Shown here: in pieces, positions 28,019 to 38,581 of the stretch
Layout: the number at the start of each line of letters is the position of its first letter
Position numbering within the stretch: position 1 is the first letter of the stretch
Origin: Patescibacteria group bacterium
Lineage (GTDB): Bacteria; Patescibacteriota; Minisyncoccia; Phycocordibacterales; UBA9973
Assembly: GCA_018816985.1 (NCBI GenBank)
Contig: JAHIVA010000021.1
Location: 1 to 52,991 of the forward strand
DNA: 52,991 nucleotides
Direction: 5' to 3'
The notes under the pieces: generated by a model
The model's database searches: none
What the model was told of the DNA's origin: nothing
Seen by the model: only the letters and a program-made list of their open reading frames with translations
Translations under genes and position numbers: made by a program

Positions 28019-29452
28019 TTAATTTTTAACTTCTTGCCACGAAAGTATATTATATTGATTTCCAGTCAAGGGGAAGTCGGGTGGTGGAGCATAGAGTAAA
28101 TTTGCGTCGTAGGTTATATTTCGTATAGCATAACCAGTATCATCCGTATAAGCAAAACCATATCTTGCATAGGAAGCAATCATTCCATAAAGAGAAATAA
28201 CTTCTCGGTTTTTATAAGCACAACCTCCTCCGCTATAATAAAATCTTCCTACTCTGTCATTTTGAGCTATAAGTGCCGCATCTATCTTTAGATTATCTTC
28301 ACTTTTCATTCCAACCATTACCCCGGCTTGTCCAATAAGTCCTATAGAATCAGATCCATCATAAGAAGTATAAAGAAGGTCATTATTTACTATTATATTT
28401 TTAAAATTAGTTGGGTTTGATGGTACCGGTAAGTCAGCCGCAGCAATAGTGAGCCGGGCTCCATTTATCTGTCCATCAACTACAATATTGTCTTCTAGAA
28501 AAATTATTCCATTAGTTGGAAAATTAAAATTGCCCTGTAGGGTTTGAGTGCCAACACTGAAGCTGTATGTCGAGCCGGAACAATTTCCTAAACTAGCCCA
28601 ACTATTTATTTTATAAAGATCAAAAGTGTTGTTTGTTTTTAAGACAATATGATATCCAACGTATTTGCTTCCTGCTTTGTTTTGATAAAACCCTTCTGAT
28701 ATTGCATTGGCTTGTAGCATGGCCAAGTCGGTTGTAAATCCAGAGAAATCAATGGTCGGCTGACTAATCAATCGTCCGGCTTCAAAAACATCTGAACGAG
28801 ATGGGAGTGTGGCGGGATATGTTGGATCAGCCGGAGATAAGCAAGTATGTACGCCATAAGAATTGCTGGTGGTGCAAGCATCGCTGTCCGTATCGGTGTA
28901 AGTTGTGGTTCCGCTAGTAACAATATTATGGGCTAGGCCATCAAAACGAATTCCGCCATTAATATGAACTGGTCCGAAAATTTCTGTTCCGGTGCCGAAG
29001 CGCATAGCATTATTTCCTGCCACCGAATATTTCGCGATAGATGGTTTAACTACCTCTGTTTCTATTTTTCTTAGATATGACGGATCAAGCACAGAAGAGC
29101 CAGTCGAGTTTATTTTTACTAAAGTTGAGCCGGGAGCCGGGGGAGTTATATTTAAAGAAAACTGTCCCACTGTATTATTATTTTTATCTTTTAAAAAATG
29201 AATATATGGGCCTGAAGTTCCTGTTCCGTCTTGGTAGTCAGTGGGGGCGTGGGCTAAATGCCAGCGGTAATAATCTATTCCGGCTTCCGATGACTGAAAG
29301 GCTTGCTCTCGATTAAAAGCTATTCGTCCTGTTTTAACTGTTGTCGCTGCCCATCCCGCCAGGGCTCCAATAATCATAATAGATACTGTGGCAAATATCA
29401 TTGTTTGCACTATAATCATACCTCCATCTTTTTTCATTTTTTTATTTATCAT
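28019..29452 (-). CDS. PilX-like minor pilin with large C-terminal domain
   Basis: GGMIIVQTMIF N-terminus lacking Glu5, QAFQSSEAGIDY, GPVHING, C-terminal ILSWQEV. Confidence 0.75.
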   Translation of the reverse strand: MINKKMKKDGGMIIVQTMIFATVSIMIIGALAGWAATTVKTGRIAFNREQAFQSSEAGIDYYRWHLAHAPTDYQDGTGTSGPYIHFLKDKNNNTVGQFSLNITPPAPGSTLVKINSTGSSVLDPSYLRKIETEVVKPSIAKYSVAGNNAMRFGTGTEIFGPVHINGGIRFDGLAHNIVTSGTTTYTDTDSDACTTSNSYGVHTCLSPADPTYPATLPSRSDVFEAGRLISQPTIDFSGFTTDLAMLQANAISEGFYQNKAGSKYVGYHIVLKTNNTFDLYKINSWASLGNCSGSTYSFSVGTQTLQGNFNFPTNGIIFLEDNIVVDGQINGARLTIAAADLPVPSNPTNFKNIIVNNDLLYTSYDGSDSIGLIGQAGVMVGMKSEDNLKIDAALIAQNDRVGRFYYSGGGCAYKNREVISLYGMIASYARYGFAYTDDTGYAIRNITYDANLLYAPPPDFPLTGNQYNILSWQEVKN

Positions 29453-30069
29453 AAATTATCTTTTAAATTTCTTATTGAAACCTGGGTTGAAAAAGTCATT
29501 GGGGTAGGTGATCGATTTGGATCTTTATCTAATACAATAGTTACTTTTACTAAACGAATATCTGGTATATTCACAGGAGAAGATAAGGGTGCCGTGTTTC
29601 CGTCATAGTTTCTGTCGTAATATTCAAAAAGTACAGAATTAGCTAATTTATCTATGAGAGTTGAAATTGTTTCATTGGCAGGATTATAGGTTAGTGGACT
29701 TCCCGTGGGTTTTGTTGTCCCCTTCTGAAGGGAAGTTTCCGATAAAAAATATCTTACTTTTTCCTTCAATCCATCGTTGTCTATATCAGAATAAAAAGTG
29801 AAAGCGGTAGCTGTTGCCAGACTAATTGTATAAGCTCCAGTATTAGCTGTCGAGGCAGTGCGTATTTCGGATGTTAAAGTTTTTAAAACCTGTCTTCCGG
29901 CATTAGTGTCAGCTAACCCTCCGGCGACAAAAGAATTATAGATCCAAACATTTCTTGAAAAAAGAGTCAGTAAAATAACTATCAAAATAAAAATTGATAT
30001 TCCAAAAAGAGTTTCGATTAGAGTAAAGCCTGACGCTAATTTTATTTTATTTTTTATTTTTTTTTGCAT
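29449..30069 (-). CDS. Minor pilin (PilW/GspJ-like)
   Basis: Class III signal GFTLIETL, EIRTA, C-terminal VSIRN. Confidence 0.85.
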   Translation of the reverse strand: MQKKIKNKIKLASGFTLIETLFGISIFILIVILLTLFSRNVWIYNSFVAGGLADTNAGRQVLKTLTSEIRTASTANTGAYTISLATATAFTFYSDIDNDGLKEKVRYFLSETSLQKGTTKPTGSPLTYNPANETISTLIDKLANSVLFEYYDRNYDGNTAPLSSPVNIPDIRLVKVTIVLDKDPNRSPTPMTFSTQVSIRNLKDNL

Positions 30070-30070
30070 A

Positions 30071-31393
30071 TTAAGGCATAAGGGTTATAATTTTATTTTG
30101 CCAAGAAGACATTGAAAAAGAAGAAACATTGTTTTGGTATCCGACCTTAGAAACGGTCAGGGTGTAAGTACCACTTCCAAGCCCATTCCAAAAAACTTGA
30201 CCAGGAGTAGCACAAGAACCGGAATTTGTGGTTTTGGTTTGATTAAATCCGCTTTTTTGCAGATGAACAGTCGCGCCATCAATGGCGACACCATCAGAAG
30301 TTTTGACGGAAACCAACAAGGCTCTGTTTATATGGGGCGTTACCACTAATTGTAAATTTTTTATCTCATTTGGATTTATGTTGAAAATTGCTAAAGGAGT
30401 TGTACCAGCTAAATCATAGGAGGCGGAAGTAAGTAAGGCTGAATAAGTGTCCCATTCAATAATAGGAATCGTATAACTTCCATTAGTATTGGTTGTGAAA
30501 TTTTGTGTTGGATATTTTAAAACTGAAGGTGTTCCAATCAGTTTCGTTCCAGTTAAAGAAAAGCCAATAGAAGGTAAAGAGACACAAGCTGAGTCTACTG
30601 TTTCAATTATAAGAGAACTTGTTCTGTCTATTGAAAAATTAGTTAGGGTAACTTGTTGTTGAACCACTGTTGCATCGGGCTTAACTGGATTTGCTCCCGC
30701 TGCCCCATCCGGGGGGTATGTTTGATCCTGAGTAAATCCTGATTTAGTGGCAATTATGTTATATGCATTTATTCCGATTGGTGCGTCTACTATTTTCATC
30801 CATCCGGCATTGTCCGTTGTTTCGTCGATAATAGTATCTGGATTTGTTTGTGTATTGACTAAATGAATCGAGGCGTTTGGAATTGCAATGCCACTTGCGT
30901 CAAAAACTCGAATAAAAAGTGCTCCATTGGTGGAGGCGGTTTCAAGCGCATGGGGAGCAACCAAGGTGGTGAAACTAAGCGGTGTTAATGTTTTACAATT
31001 AGAACAAATTAGATCCAAATCTATTAATTTATAATCTGCTGGCGAAGTATCTGGTGGGTTTCCTTCAATTATTCCATCAAAAGGGTCGTCCACACTTCTG
31101 ATTGTTGTTTGTATATCAAAAGAATAATTATCTCGTATTATTGTTTCATTTCTTTGGATTTTTCCTACCGGTAACCCTGCCACGATACCTACATCCGTGT
31201 AAGGTAAGTTACGTATTATTTCTAACTTCTCATTAGCTAAAGTTGTTCCAGCTAGTTTTGCTTGTGAAATGGTTACTGCGTCCATCAACACACCGAAGGC
31301 TTTATAAGCGGAAAGTGCTACTAGTAAAAAAACAACACTACCAACCAATGTTTCAATTAAGGTAAATCCTCTTTGTCTAGTGTAAAAATTCAT
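30071..31393 (-). CDS. Minor pilin with carboxypeptidase-regulatory-like beta domains
   Basis: RGFTLIETL, ANEKLEIIRNLPY, GTYTLTVSKVGY. Confidence 0.85.
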   Translation of the reverse strand: MNFYTRQRGFTLIETLVGSVVFLLVALSAYKAFGVLMDAVTISQAKLAGTTLANEKLEIIRNLPYTDVGIVAGLPVGKIQRNETIIRDNYSFDIQTTIRSVDDPFDGIIEGNPPDTSPADYKLIDLDLICSNCKTLTPLSFTTLVAPHALETASTNGALFIRVFDASGIAIPNASIHLVNTQTNPDTIIDETTDNAGWMKIVDAPIGINAYNIIATKSGFTQDQTYPPDGAAGANPVKPDATVVQQQVTLTNFSIDRTSSLIIETVDSACVSLPSIGFSLTGTKLIGTPSVLKYPTQNFTTNTNGSYTIPIIEWDTYSALLTSASYDLAGTTPLAIFNINPNEIKNLQLVVTPHINRALLVSVKTSDGVAIDGATVHLQKSGFNQTKTTNSGSCATPGQVFWNGLGSGTYTLTVSKVGYQNNVSSFSMSSWQNKIITLMP

Positions 31394-31434
31394 AAGTTAT
31401 TTATATTTTAACGCATTATGATATAATTTGCCAT

Positions 31435-32199
31435 ATGTCTAAAAAAATAATTATTGGCAATTGGAAAATGAACCCACTTACTTTAAAAGAAGCGGAAAAA
31501 TTATTTTCTGGTATTGCTAAAGAAATATCTTCCATCAAAAAAACAGAAGTGGTAATTTGTCCGTCGTTTTTATACTTAGAAAAATTAAAAAAAATTAGAA
31601 CTAGTAAAATAAAACTTGGTGCACAAAATGCTTTTTGGGGTGAGGTTGGTGCTTTTACTGGAGAAGTGTCGGGAGAAATGCTCTATAATATTGGTGTTCA
31701 ATATGTGATTTTAGGTCACTCAGAAAGACGGGCCCTCGGAGAGAGTAGTAATGATGTAAATAAAAAAATAAAAGCTTCACTTGAAGCGGGTTTGATTCCA
31801 ATTTTATGTGTGGGGGAAAATATTCGTGACGAAAGTCATAATTATTTTAATTTTGTTAAAACAGAAATAGAAGAATGTTTAATGGGAGTTTCCAAAAACT
31901 CGATTTCAAAAATTATTATTGCTTATGAACCAATTTGGGCGATTTCTAGTACTCCCAATCGAAAAGATGCCACTCCAGCTGACTGCTTGGAAATGGTTAT
32001 TTTTATTCGAAAAATTATTTCTGATAAATTTAGAAAAGAAGCGTATCGTACTAAAATTATTTATGGTGGTTCGGTCAATGAAAAAGATGCTAAAGAGTTT
32101 TTAAAAAACGGTGGTGTGGATGGCTTACTTCCTGGTCGCGCTAGTCTGGATGTAAAAAAGTTTATAGAAATTATAAAAATATGCGAAGTCTTAAATTAG
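31435..32199 (+). CDS. tpiA: Triosephosphate isomerase
   Basis: GNWKMN, GAFTGEVS, GHSERR, AYEPIWAI, YGGSV. Confidence 0.97.
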   Translation: MSKKIIIGNWKMNPLTLKEAEKLFSGIAKEISSIKKTEVVICPSFLYLEKLKKIRTSKIKLGAQNAFWGEVGAFTGEVSGEMLYNIGVQYVILGHSERRALGESSNDVNKKIKASLEAGLIPILCVGENIRDESHNYFNFVKTEIEECLMGVSKNSISKIIIAYEPIWAISSTPNRKDATPADCLEMVIFIRKIISDKFRKEAYRTKIIYGGSVNEKDAKEFLKNGGVDGLLPGRASLDVKKFIEIIKICEVLN

Positions 32200-33200
32200 C
32201 AAAAAACTTAAGAGATAAAACTGTATTACTAAGAGTGGATTTTAATGTGCCTGTTAAAAACAGAAAAGTTTTAGATGATTTTCGTATTATTAAAGCTTTA
32301 CCCACTATTAGATTTTTACTCGAAAAAGGGGCAAAAATAATTTTAATTACCCACCTTGGTAAGGATGGTACAGTCAGTCTTGATCCAATAAAGAAGCATT
32401 TCTTTGCAATTTCAAAATTATCAAAAAATAAAATCACCTTTTTTGATAATATTAGAAAATTTTCTGGCGAAACAAAAAATGATGAAGTTTTTGCCAAAAA
32501 GCTTTCTCTCTTTGGAGACATTTATGTCAATGATGCTTTCTCGGTTTCTCATAGAGAACATGCTTCGATAGTAAAACTTCCTAAGTATCTTCCAAGTTTT
32601 GCCGGTTTTCAGTTTGAAGAAGAAGTGGAGAATTTATCGCATGTCTTTAAAAAAACGAAACATCCGTTCTTGTTTATTCTAGGGGGTGTCAAATTTTCTA
32701 CAAAAATGCCTTTAATAAAAAAATATTTAAAGTTAGCAGACCAAGTTTTTATAGGAGGAGCGCTAGCAAATGATTTTTTAAAGGCCAAGGGTTACGATGT
32801 AGGGAAATCTTTGGTTAGTGATAATAATTATGGAATTAGAGAATTATTAAAAAATAAAAAATTGATTTTACCCATAGATTTTATAAAAAAAGATAAAATC
32901 ATTTTAGATATTGGCAGTGAATCAGTAATAAAATTAGCTTCTTTAATAAAAAAATCAAAACTTATTCTTTGGAATGGACCATTAGGCAAATACGAAGCTG
33001 GTGGAGCAGAAGCTACAAAAAAAGTATTGAAATTGATTGCAATCTCAAAAGCGGAAAGTATTATCGGCGGGGGAGATACTATTGCTTTAATATCGGCAAT
33101 GAAGATGGAAAATAAATTTTCTTTCATTTCTACTGGCGGAGGAGCCACCCTTGATTACCTGGCCAATGGAACATTGCCAGGGATTAAAGCGCTCGAGTAA
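32181..33200 (+). CDS. pgk: Phosphoglycerate kinase (compact)
   Basis: RVDFNVP, VNDAF, WNGPLG, GGGDT, STGGGA. Confidence 0.95.
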   Translation: MRSLKLAKNLRDKTVLLRVDFNVPVKNRKVLDDFRIIKALPTIRFLLEKGAKIILITHLGKDGTVSLDPIKKHFFAISKLSKNKITFFDNIRKFSGETKNDEVFAKKLSLFGDIYVNDAFSVSHREHASIVKLPKYLPSFAGFQFEEEVENLSHVFKKTKHPFLFILGGVKFSTKMPLIKKYLKLADQVFIGGALANDFLKAKGYDVGKSLVSDNNYGIRELLKNKKLILPIDFIKKDKIILDIGSESVIKLASLIKKSKLILWNGPLGKYEAGGAEATKKVLKLIAISKAESIIGGGDTIALISAMKMENKFSFISTGGGATLDYLANGTLPGIKALE

Positions 33201-33642
33201 TTTGTTGAGCCAATCTTTTCAACTTTTTATCATCTGCTCTTTCGTAATCGTGAGATGAAATATATCCCTCATATTTTTTGAAGTATTTTTTTACGTTAGA
33301 ATTTACCGGTTTCCATTTTTTGTTTTTTGTACCATGCATAGGAAAAAGTTTTGCATGTACGTGATCTATTCCGAAGCCCTCAAAAATCATTCCTGTTCTG
33401 CCAACATTCTTAAGTTTTTCATCTAAAAGTTTTGCCACTTTTTTTGTAGCAATAATTAATTTTTTTAAAATATTGTCTGATAAGTTAAAAGCATAACTGG
33501 AATAATGTTTCTTGGTTATGACAACACTAAATCCTTCGGTATTTGGGAAAATAGATAAAAAAGCTAGATGGCTTTTATCTTCCCATATTTTATAGGATGG
33601 CACTTCTCCTTTCACTATTTTGCAAAAAATACAGTTTTTCAT
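33184..33642 (-). CDS. HIT family nucleotide hydrolase
   Basis: Start moved to MKNCIFCKIV (33642); variant HIT motif DHVHAKLFP. Confidence 0.85.
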   Translation of the reverse strand: MKNCIFCKIVKGEVPSYKIWEDKSHLAFLSIFPNTEGFSVVITKKHYSSYAFNLSDNILKKLIIATKKVAKLLDEKLKNVGRTGMIFEGFGIDHVHAKLFPMHGTKNKKWKPVNSNVKKYFKKYEGYISSHDYERADDKKLKRLAQQITRAL

Positions 33643-33681
33643 ATTTATATATTCTATACTATCTATGCTAAAATTCAATTT

Positions 33682-35334
33682 ATGCAAAAATATGGAGAAT
33701 TATTACGAATACTCTTGGCGAAGAGAGGAATTATTAATGAAAACCAAGCTTCAGTTTTTCTTAACCCAGACTATGAGCGAGATTTTTACGATCCATTTTT
33801 AATGAGAGATATGGAGAAAGCTTGTGTGCGATTATTTGAAGCAATAGAGAATAAAGAAAAAATAATAATTTATGCAGATTACGATTGTGATGGTATTCCA
33901 GGGGCAGTAATTTTAAGTGATTTATTTAAAAAAATAGGATATAAAAATTATGGAATTTATATTCCACAAAGAAATTCTGAGGGATATGGTCTTAATATTG
34001 ATGCGGTAAGGCAATTTGCTTTATCTAAAGTAAAATTATTAGTGGTCATTGACCTTGGCATTACGGCTGTTGCTGAAGTGGCGCAGGCAAAAGTAGATGG
34101 TATTGATGTGATAATTATTGATCATCATATCCCTCAGAAAGATTTACCTTGCGCTTGTGCGATTTTAAATCCTAAAATAGATAATTATCCAGAAAAAATG
34201 CTTTGTGGGGCTGGAGTAATGTTTAAATTTATGCAGGGTTTTATAAAAAAATATGGCGAGTTTTATAAAATAAATAAAGGTTTTGAAAAATGGATGCTTG
34301 ATATGGCTGGATTAGCCACGCTTTCTGATATGATTCCCCTTATAGGGGAGAGTAGGGCCATGGCGTATTTTGGAATGAAGGTTTTAAGAAAATCTCCTCG
34401 TTCGGGTTTGCAAAAACTTTTGGCAAAAATGAACATCGACCAAAAATATCTTACTGAAGATGATATTGGTTTTATGGTTACGCCACGTCTCAATGCAGCC
34501 TCACGCATGGATAATCCAATGCGAGCTTATGAAATTCTTTCAACATTAGACGAGGTAGAGGCATCCACATTGGCGAATCATTTGTCAAAAATAAATGACG
34601 AAAGAAAAAATCTTGTAAAGAGTACTATGCGTGAAGTTAATAAAAAACTAGAAACATACGAACATAAAGAAGTTATGGTTATTGGGAATCCAAAATGGCG
34701 AGTCGGGATTCTTGGTCTGGTGGCTGGAAAAATTTCTGATAAATATAAAAAACCAGTTTTTGTTTGGGGGAAAGATGAAAATGATTGTATTAAGGGATCT
34801 TGTAGAAGCGATGGCTCAGTATCAGTGGTAGAACTTATGACAAATACCCACGAATCATTTATAGACTTTGGTGGACATGAGCTAGCTGGGGGATTTACTG
34901 TTTTTAGTGAGAAAATTCATTTTTTAGAAGAAGCTTTGTCTTTTACTTTTAAAAAAGTTAAATATAAAAAAAAAGAAGCAAAGATAGCTTATGATATTCA
35001 GACTGATTTAAGTATAGTGAATATGAAAAACTGGCGTGAAATAGAAAAGCTGGCCCCCTTCGGACTTGGAAATCCAAAACCAGTTTTCCTTTTTAAAGGG
35101 GTAAATATCGCAAAAATTAAAAAATTTGGGAAAAATGGCTCGGAAGAACATTTGGAAATTACCTTTTCTGATTCTAGTCCGAACAAAGCTAAAGCCATTT
35201 CTTTTTTTTCTGATATTAATTCTTTTGAGAATACTTTAAAAGAAGGCTTGAGCGTAAATTTACTTGCCACTTTTGATTTATCTAGATTTAGAGGTAGAGA
35301 GGAGTTAAGATTAAGAATAGAAGATATAATATAA
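33682..35334 (+). CDS. recJ: ssDNA exonuclease RecJ
   Basis: DYDCDG, IDHH, PRLNAASR, FGGHELAGG, LAPFGLGNP. Start moved to MQKY (33682) to remove the overlap with the HIT gene. Confidence 0.93.
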   Translation: MQKYGELLRILLAKRGIINENQASVFLNPDYERDFYDPFLMRDMEKACVRLFEAIENKEKIIIYADYDCDGIPGAVILSDLFKKIGYKNYGIYIPQRNSEGYGLNIDAVRQFALSKVKLLVVIDLGITAVAEVAQAKVDGIDVIIIDHHIPQKDLPCACAILNPKIDNYPEKMLCGAGVMFKFMQGFIKKYGEFYKINKGFEKWMLDMAGLATLSDMIPLIGESRAMAYFGMKVLRKSPRSGLQKLLAKMNIDQKYLTEDDIGFMVTPRLNAASRMDNPMRAYEILSTLDEVEASTLANHLSKINDERKNLVKSTMREVNKKLETYEHKEVMVIGNPKWRVGILGLVAGKISDKYKKPVFVWGKDENDCIKGSCRSDGSVSVVELMTNTHESFIDFGGHELAGGFTVFSEKIHFLEEALSFTFKKVKYKKKEAKIAYDIQTDLSIVNMKNWREIEKLAPFGLGNPKPVFLFKGVNIAKIKKFGKNGSEEHLEITFSDSSPNKAKAISFFSDINSFENTLKEGLSVNLLATFDLSRFRGREELRLRIEDII

Positions 35335-35336
35335 AA

Positions 35337-35810
35337 ATGAAAGAAAAAAATAATATAAAAATCTACACAGACGGGGCGGCGAAGGGGAATCCAGGACGGG
35401 CTGGTTGGGGAGTAATTTTTGTTATGGGGGAAAAAATTTTTGAAATTGGTGGTGGGGTGGAGCATGCGACGAACAACCAAATGGAATTAATGGCGCCCAT
35501 AGAGGCATTGAAACATATAAAATTACATTTCAGCGATAGCGTAAATGTGGAAATCGTTTCTGATTCAAAATATGTAATTTTGGGAATTACTGAATGGATT
35601 TTTAATTGGCAGAAAAATAATTGGCGCAATGCAGCTAAAAAGCCGGTTTTAAACCGCGAACTTTGGGAAGAACTCTATAAACTTGCACAAGAATTTAAAA
35701 TCAAATGGACTTATGTTAAAGGGCATAACGGACATAAATATAACGAAAGGGCGGACATTATAGCCACCAGCTTCGCTGAAGGTGAACCAGTAGAATTAAT
35801 TACCCCATAG
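35337..35810 (+). CDS. rnhA: Ribonuclease HI
   Basis: YTDGAAKGNPG, TNNQMEL, SDSKYV, VKGH, NERAD. Confidence 0.95.
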   Translation: MKEKNNIKIYTDGAAKGNPGRAGWGVIFVMGEKIFEIGGGVEHATNNQMELMAPIEALKHIKLHFSDSVNVEIVSDSKYVILGITEWIFNWQKNNWRNAAKKPVLNRELWEELYKLAQEFKIKWTYVKGHNGHKYNERADIIATSFAEGEPVELITP

Positions 35811-35827
35811 GAAATTCCTATGGGGTA
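35801..35827. repeat. REP-like palindrome, left flank of the RAYT gene
   Basis: TACCCCATAGGAA-A-TTCCTATGGGGTA; contains the rnhA stop TAG. Confidence 0.92.
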
Positions 35828-35842
35828 TGTTACTATTGATAT

Positions 35843-36475
35843 ATGGCTGAACGTAAGCAAGTATTTGCAATAAACGAATATTATCATCTCTATAATAGGG
35901 GAGTGGAAAAGAGACTTATTTTCCAAGATAAACAAGATCGAGAACGTTTTCTTTTTTTAATGTATATATGCAATACGACGAGAAGTATAGCTTTACGAGA
36001 CATAGGAAAAAATTTTGACAGGAAAGAAACTATTGTAAACATAGGAGCGTATTGTCTTATGCCTAATCATTTTCATATTCTTGTTCGTGAAAAAACGGAT
36101 AGTGGCATTTCCACATATATGCGTAAGCTTATGACTGCGTATTCAATGTATTTTAATAAAAAATATAAACGTACAGGTAAATTATATGAAAATGTTTTTA
36201 AAGCTGTTCATTGCGACAATGATAACTATTTAAAATATTTATATTCATATATACACTTAAATCCGGCAAAATTAATTGACAAACATTGGAAAGAAAATAA
36301 AAATAGAGACGTAAGTTGTCTTTTGGAATATATTTTTTCTTTTCGTTATTCAAGCTTACATGAATATTTAGATTTTCAATATAAAATTATTAATCCAAAT
36401 TCATTTCCTGTATATTTCAAGAAACCCAATGAGCACAAAATGGAATTATTTAAATGGCTTGCTCTAACCCCATAG
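35843..36475 (+). mobile_element. REP-associated tyrosine transposase-like (Y1/HUH) gene
   Basis: YYHLYNRG, AYCLMPNHFHIL (HUH), YIHLNP (catalytic Tyr); flanked by identical palindromes. Confidence 0.9.
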
Positions 36476-36490
36476 GAAATTCCTATGGGG
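36467..36490. repeat. REP-like palindrome, right flank of the RAYT gene
   Basis: ACCCCATAGGAAATTCCTATGGGG, identical to 35802-35825; contains the RAYT stop TAG. Confidence 0.92.
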
Positions 36491-36527
36491 AGTATGTCTT
36501 GCGTGTATTTTTTGATAGAATAAAATT

Positions 36528-37109
36528 ATGAATGAAGATATCTTTAAAAATCAAGAAAAATTGAATGTAAAAATAAGAATGGCTAAACCAGAAGACTGGA
36601 AAGAACTCAGAGATTTTAGATTGGAGATCATAAATAATGATGGAAAAAAAATGGGAGTGCAAGATGATGAAATCCCAGAAATAAAAAATAGAACCGATCA
36701 AGATTGGAAAAATATTTTTTTGGAAAAAGAAAATCAGTTTACTGTGGTGCTAGTGTCGACTGATTCTAAAATAATAGGAATAGGTCGCGCGGATCGTTGG
36801 GAGAAGGCTTGGTATTTGGGATATCTTTTTGTTAGGAAGGAATTTAGGGGGATAGGTTTGAGTTCAAAAATAACTGCTGCCCGTTTAAATGAAATACGAT
36901 CTCGTGGAGGCAAAGAAGTGTGGACTTTTATAAAAGAAGGAAATACAGAATCATTGAGAAATGCTCGATCGTTTGGTTTTGAAAAAGACAATACCTTTCT
37001 TCCAGAAGAATCTCAAGGTCTCGATAAAGATATTTGTAAAATGATACTAATAAACGTGAATGATCCAAAAGTGGTTAAAAAAATCGACGAAGTTTTAAAT
37101 GAAAGATAG
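36528..37109 (+). CDS. GNAT family acetyltransferase
   Basis: LFVRKEFRGIGLS acetyl-CoA motif A; N...SFGF motif B. Confidence 0.8.
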   Translation: MNEDIFKNQEKLNVKIRMAKPEDWKELRDFRLEIINNDGKKMGVQDDEIPEIKNRTDQDWKNIFLEKENQFTVVLVSTDSKIIGIGRADRWEKAWYLGYLFVRKEFRGIGLSSKITAARLNEIRSRGGKEVWTFIKEGNTESLRNARSFGFEKDNTFLPEESQGLDKDICKMILINVNDPKVVKKIDEVLNER

Positions 37110-38577
37110 AGTTTTTTATACAATTTGTTTTGGGTTTTTGTTGGGAGTGCTGTTGCGCTCTTTTGTTTTGGTGGATTTATATTTGGTTATTTTACTTGTA
37201 GTAATTACTGTTGCTTTATTTTTATTTTTTACGTTAATTTCAAAAAATAATTGGGGAATTTTAATTTCTATTTTTATTTTTACATTCTGTCTTGGAATTT
37301 TTAGGTTTAATATGGTGGATGTTCCGAATCCTGAGATTTTTGAGTCGCAAATAAGTCAAAAAGTAGTTATCTCGGGAGTTATTATGGATGAGCCGAGTCT
37401 TAAAGAAAATAATCAGCAACTAACAGTGGAGGTGGCTCTCCAAGGACTCGCCACAAAAATTTTATTATCTACCGATTTAGACGCGGATTATAAATATGGT
37501 GATGAAATAAATTTTGAGGGAATTTTAAAAAAGCCGGAGAATTTTATTACTGACCAAGGAAAAGAATTTGATTATGTAAATTATTTGCGCAAGGATGGAA
37601 TTTTATATGTGATGAGTTATCCAAAAATTAAAGTTATTTCGCAAGAAAATGGTAATTTGGTTCAAAATATCTTATTTTCTGTTAAAGAAAAATTTTTAGA
37701 AAAAATTAATTTTGCCATTACCGGCTCAGAAAGTTTATTAATGGGTGGACTTATTTTAGGAGAAAAATCATCCTTTGACCAAACTCTTCGTCAAAGCTTT
37801 ATAAATACAGGCACAATTCACATTGTGGCTCTTTCCGGATATAACATAACCATTGTAGCTGAATGGCTCATGAAATTATTTGCTCAAATATCAATTGCGT
37901 CAAAAAATTTTGGTATTGGTATGGGGATTTTTGCGATTATTTTGTTTATTTTAATGACTGGTGGTGGTTCTACTGCTATTCGTGCGGGGATAATGGCGAC
38001 TCTTGCTCTTGTCGCTCGGGCGACTGGACGAAATTACGATGTCGCTCGGGCGCTTATTCTTGCTGGTATATTTATGATTCTACTAAATCCATTTTTGCTT
38101 GTTTACGATGTTTCTTTCCAGCTTTCTTTTCTTGCCACGTTTGCTGTGATTTTTCTGGCGCCTAGAATTGAAAAATATTTTTTATGGGTACCAGATTATT
38201 TTAAACTTCGAGATATCATATCGGTTACTTGTGCCGCCTATATTTTTGTTTTCCCTTTTATCCTTTATAAGATGGGTAATTTTTCGCTGGTGGCTTTGCC
38301 GGCTAATGTTTTGATTTTACCTTTTATTCCTTTTACTATGATGCTTGGATTTTTGACTGGTTTTGTTAGTTTTTTTTGGCAGATATTGGCTATTCCCATA
38401 GGGTATATTTCATATTTATTTTTACATTATGAACTGGGAGTAATAAGTTTTTTTTCTCAACTTCCTTTTTCCTCATTCACTTTCCCTAATTTTTCACTTT
38501 TGCTGACGATTGCAATCTATGTTTATTTTATTTATAAACTTTTTGGCAAAATTATAAGAGAATTTTTCACATTGTAG
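37099..38577 (+). CDS. comEC: ComEC competence channel (OB and competence domains)
   Basis: GTIHIVALSGYNI, AIRAGIM, DVSFQLSFLAT. Confidence 0.92.
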   Translation: MKDRVFYTICFGFLLGVLLRSFVLVDLYLVILLVVITVALFLFFTLISKNNWGILISIFIFTFCLGIFRFNMVDVPNPEIFESQISQKVVISGVIMDEPSLKENNQQLTVEVALQGLATKILLSTDLDADYKYGDEINFEGILKKPENFITDQGKEFDYVNYLRKDGILYVMSYPKIKVISQENGNLVQNILFSVKEKFLEKINFAITGSESLLMGGLILGEKSSFDQTLRQSFINTGTIHIVALSGYNITIVAEWLMKLFAQISIASKNFGIGMGIFAIILFILMTGGGSTAIRAGIMATLALVARATGRNYDVARALILAGIFMILLNPFLLVYDVSFQLSFLATFAVIFLAPRIEKYFLWVPDYFKLRDIISVTCAAYIFVFPFILYKMGNFSLVALPANVLILPFIPFTMMLGFLTGFVSFFWQILAIPIGYISYLFLHYELGVISFFSQLPFSSFTFPNFSLLLTIAIYVYFIYKLFGKIIREFFTL

Positions 38578-38581
38578 TTAT

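Noticed and set aside
33568..33687. Overlapping divergent starts of HIT and recJ as given in the ORF track
   Set aside because: More plausible starts at 33642 (minus) and 33682 (plus) remove the overlap and fit motif and promoter positions.
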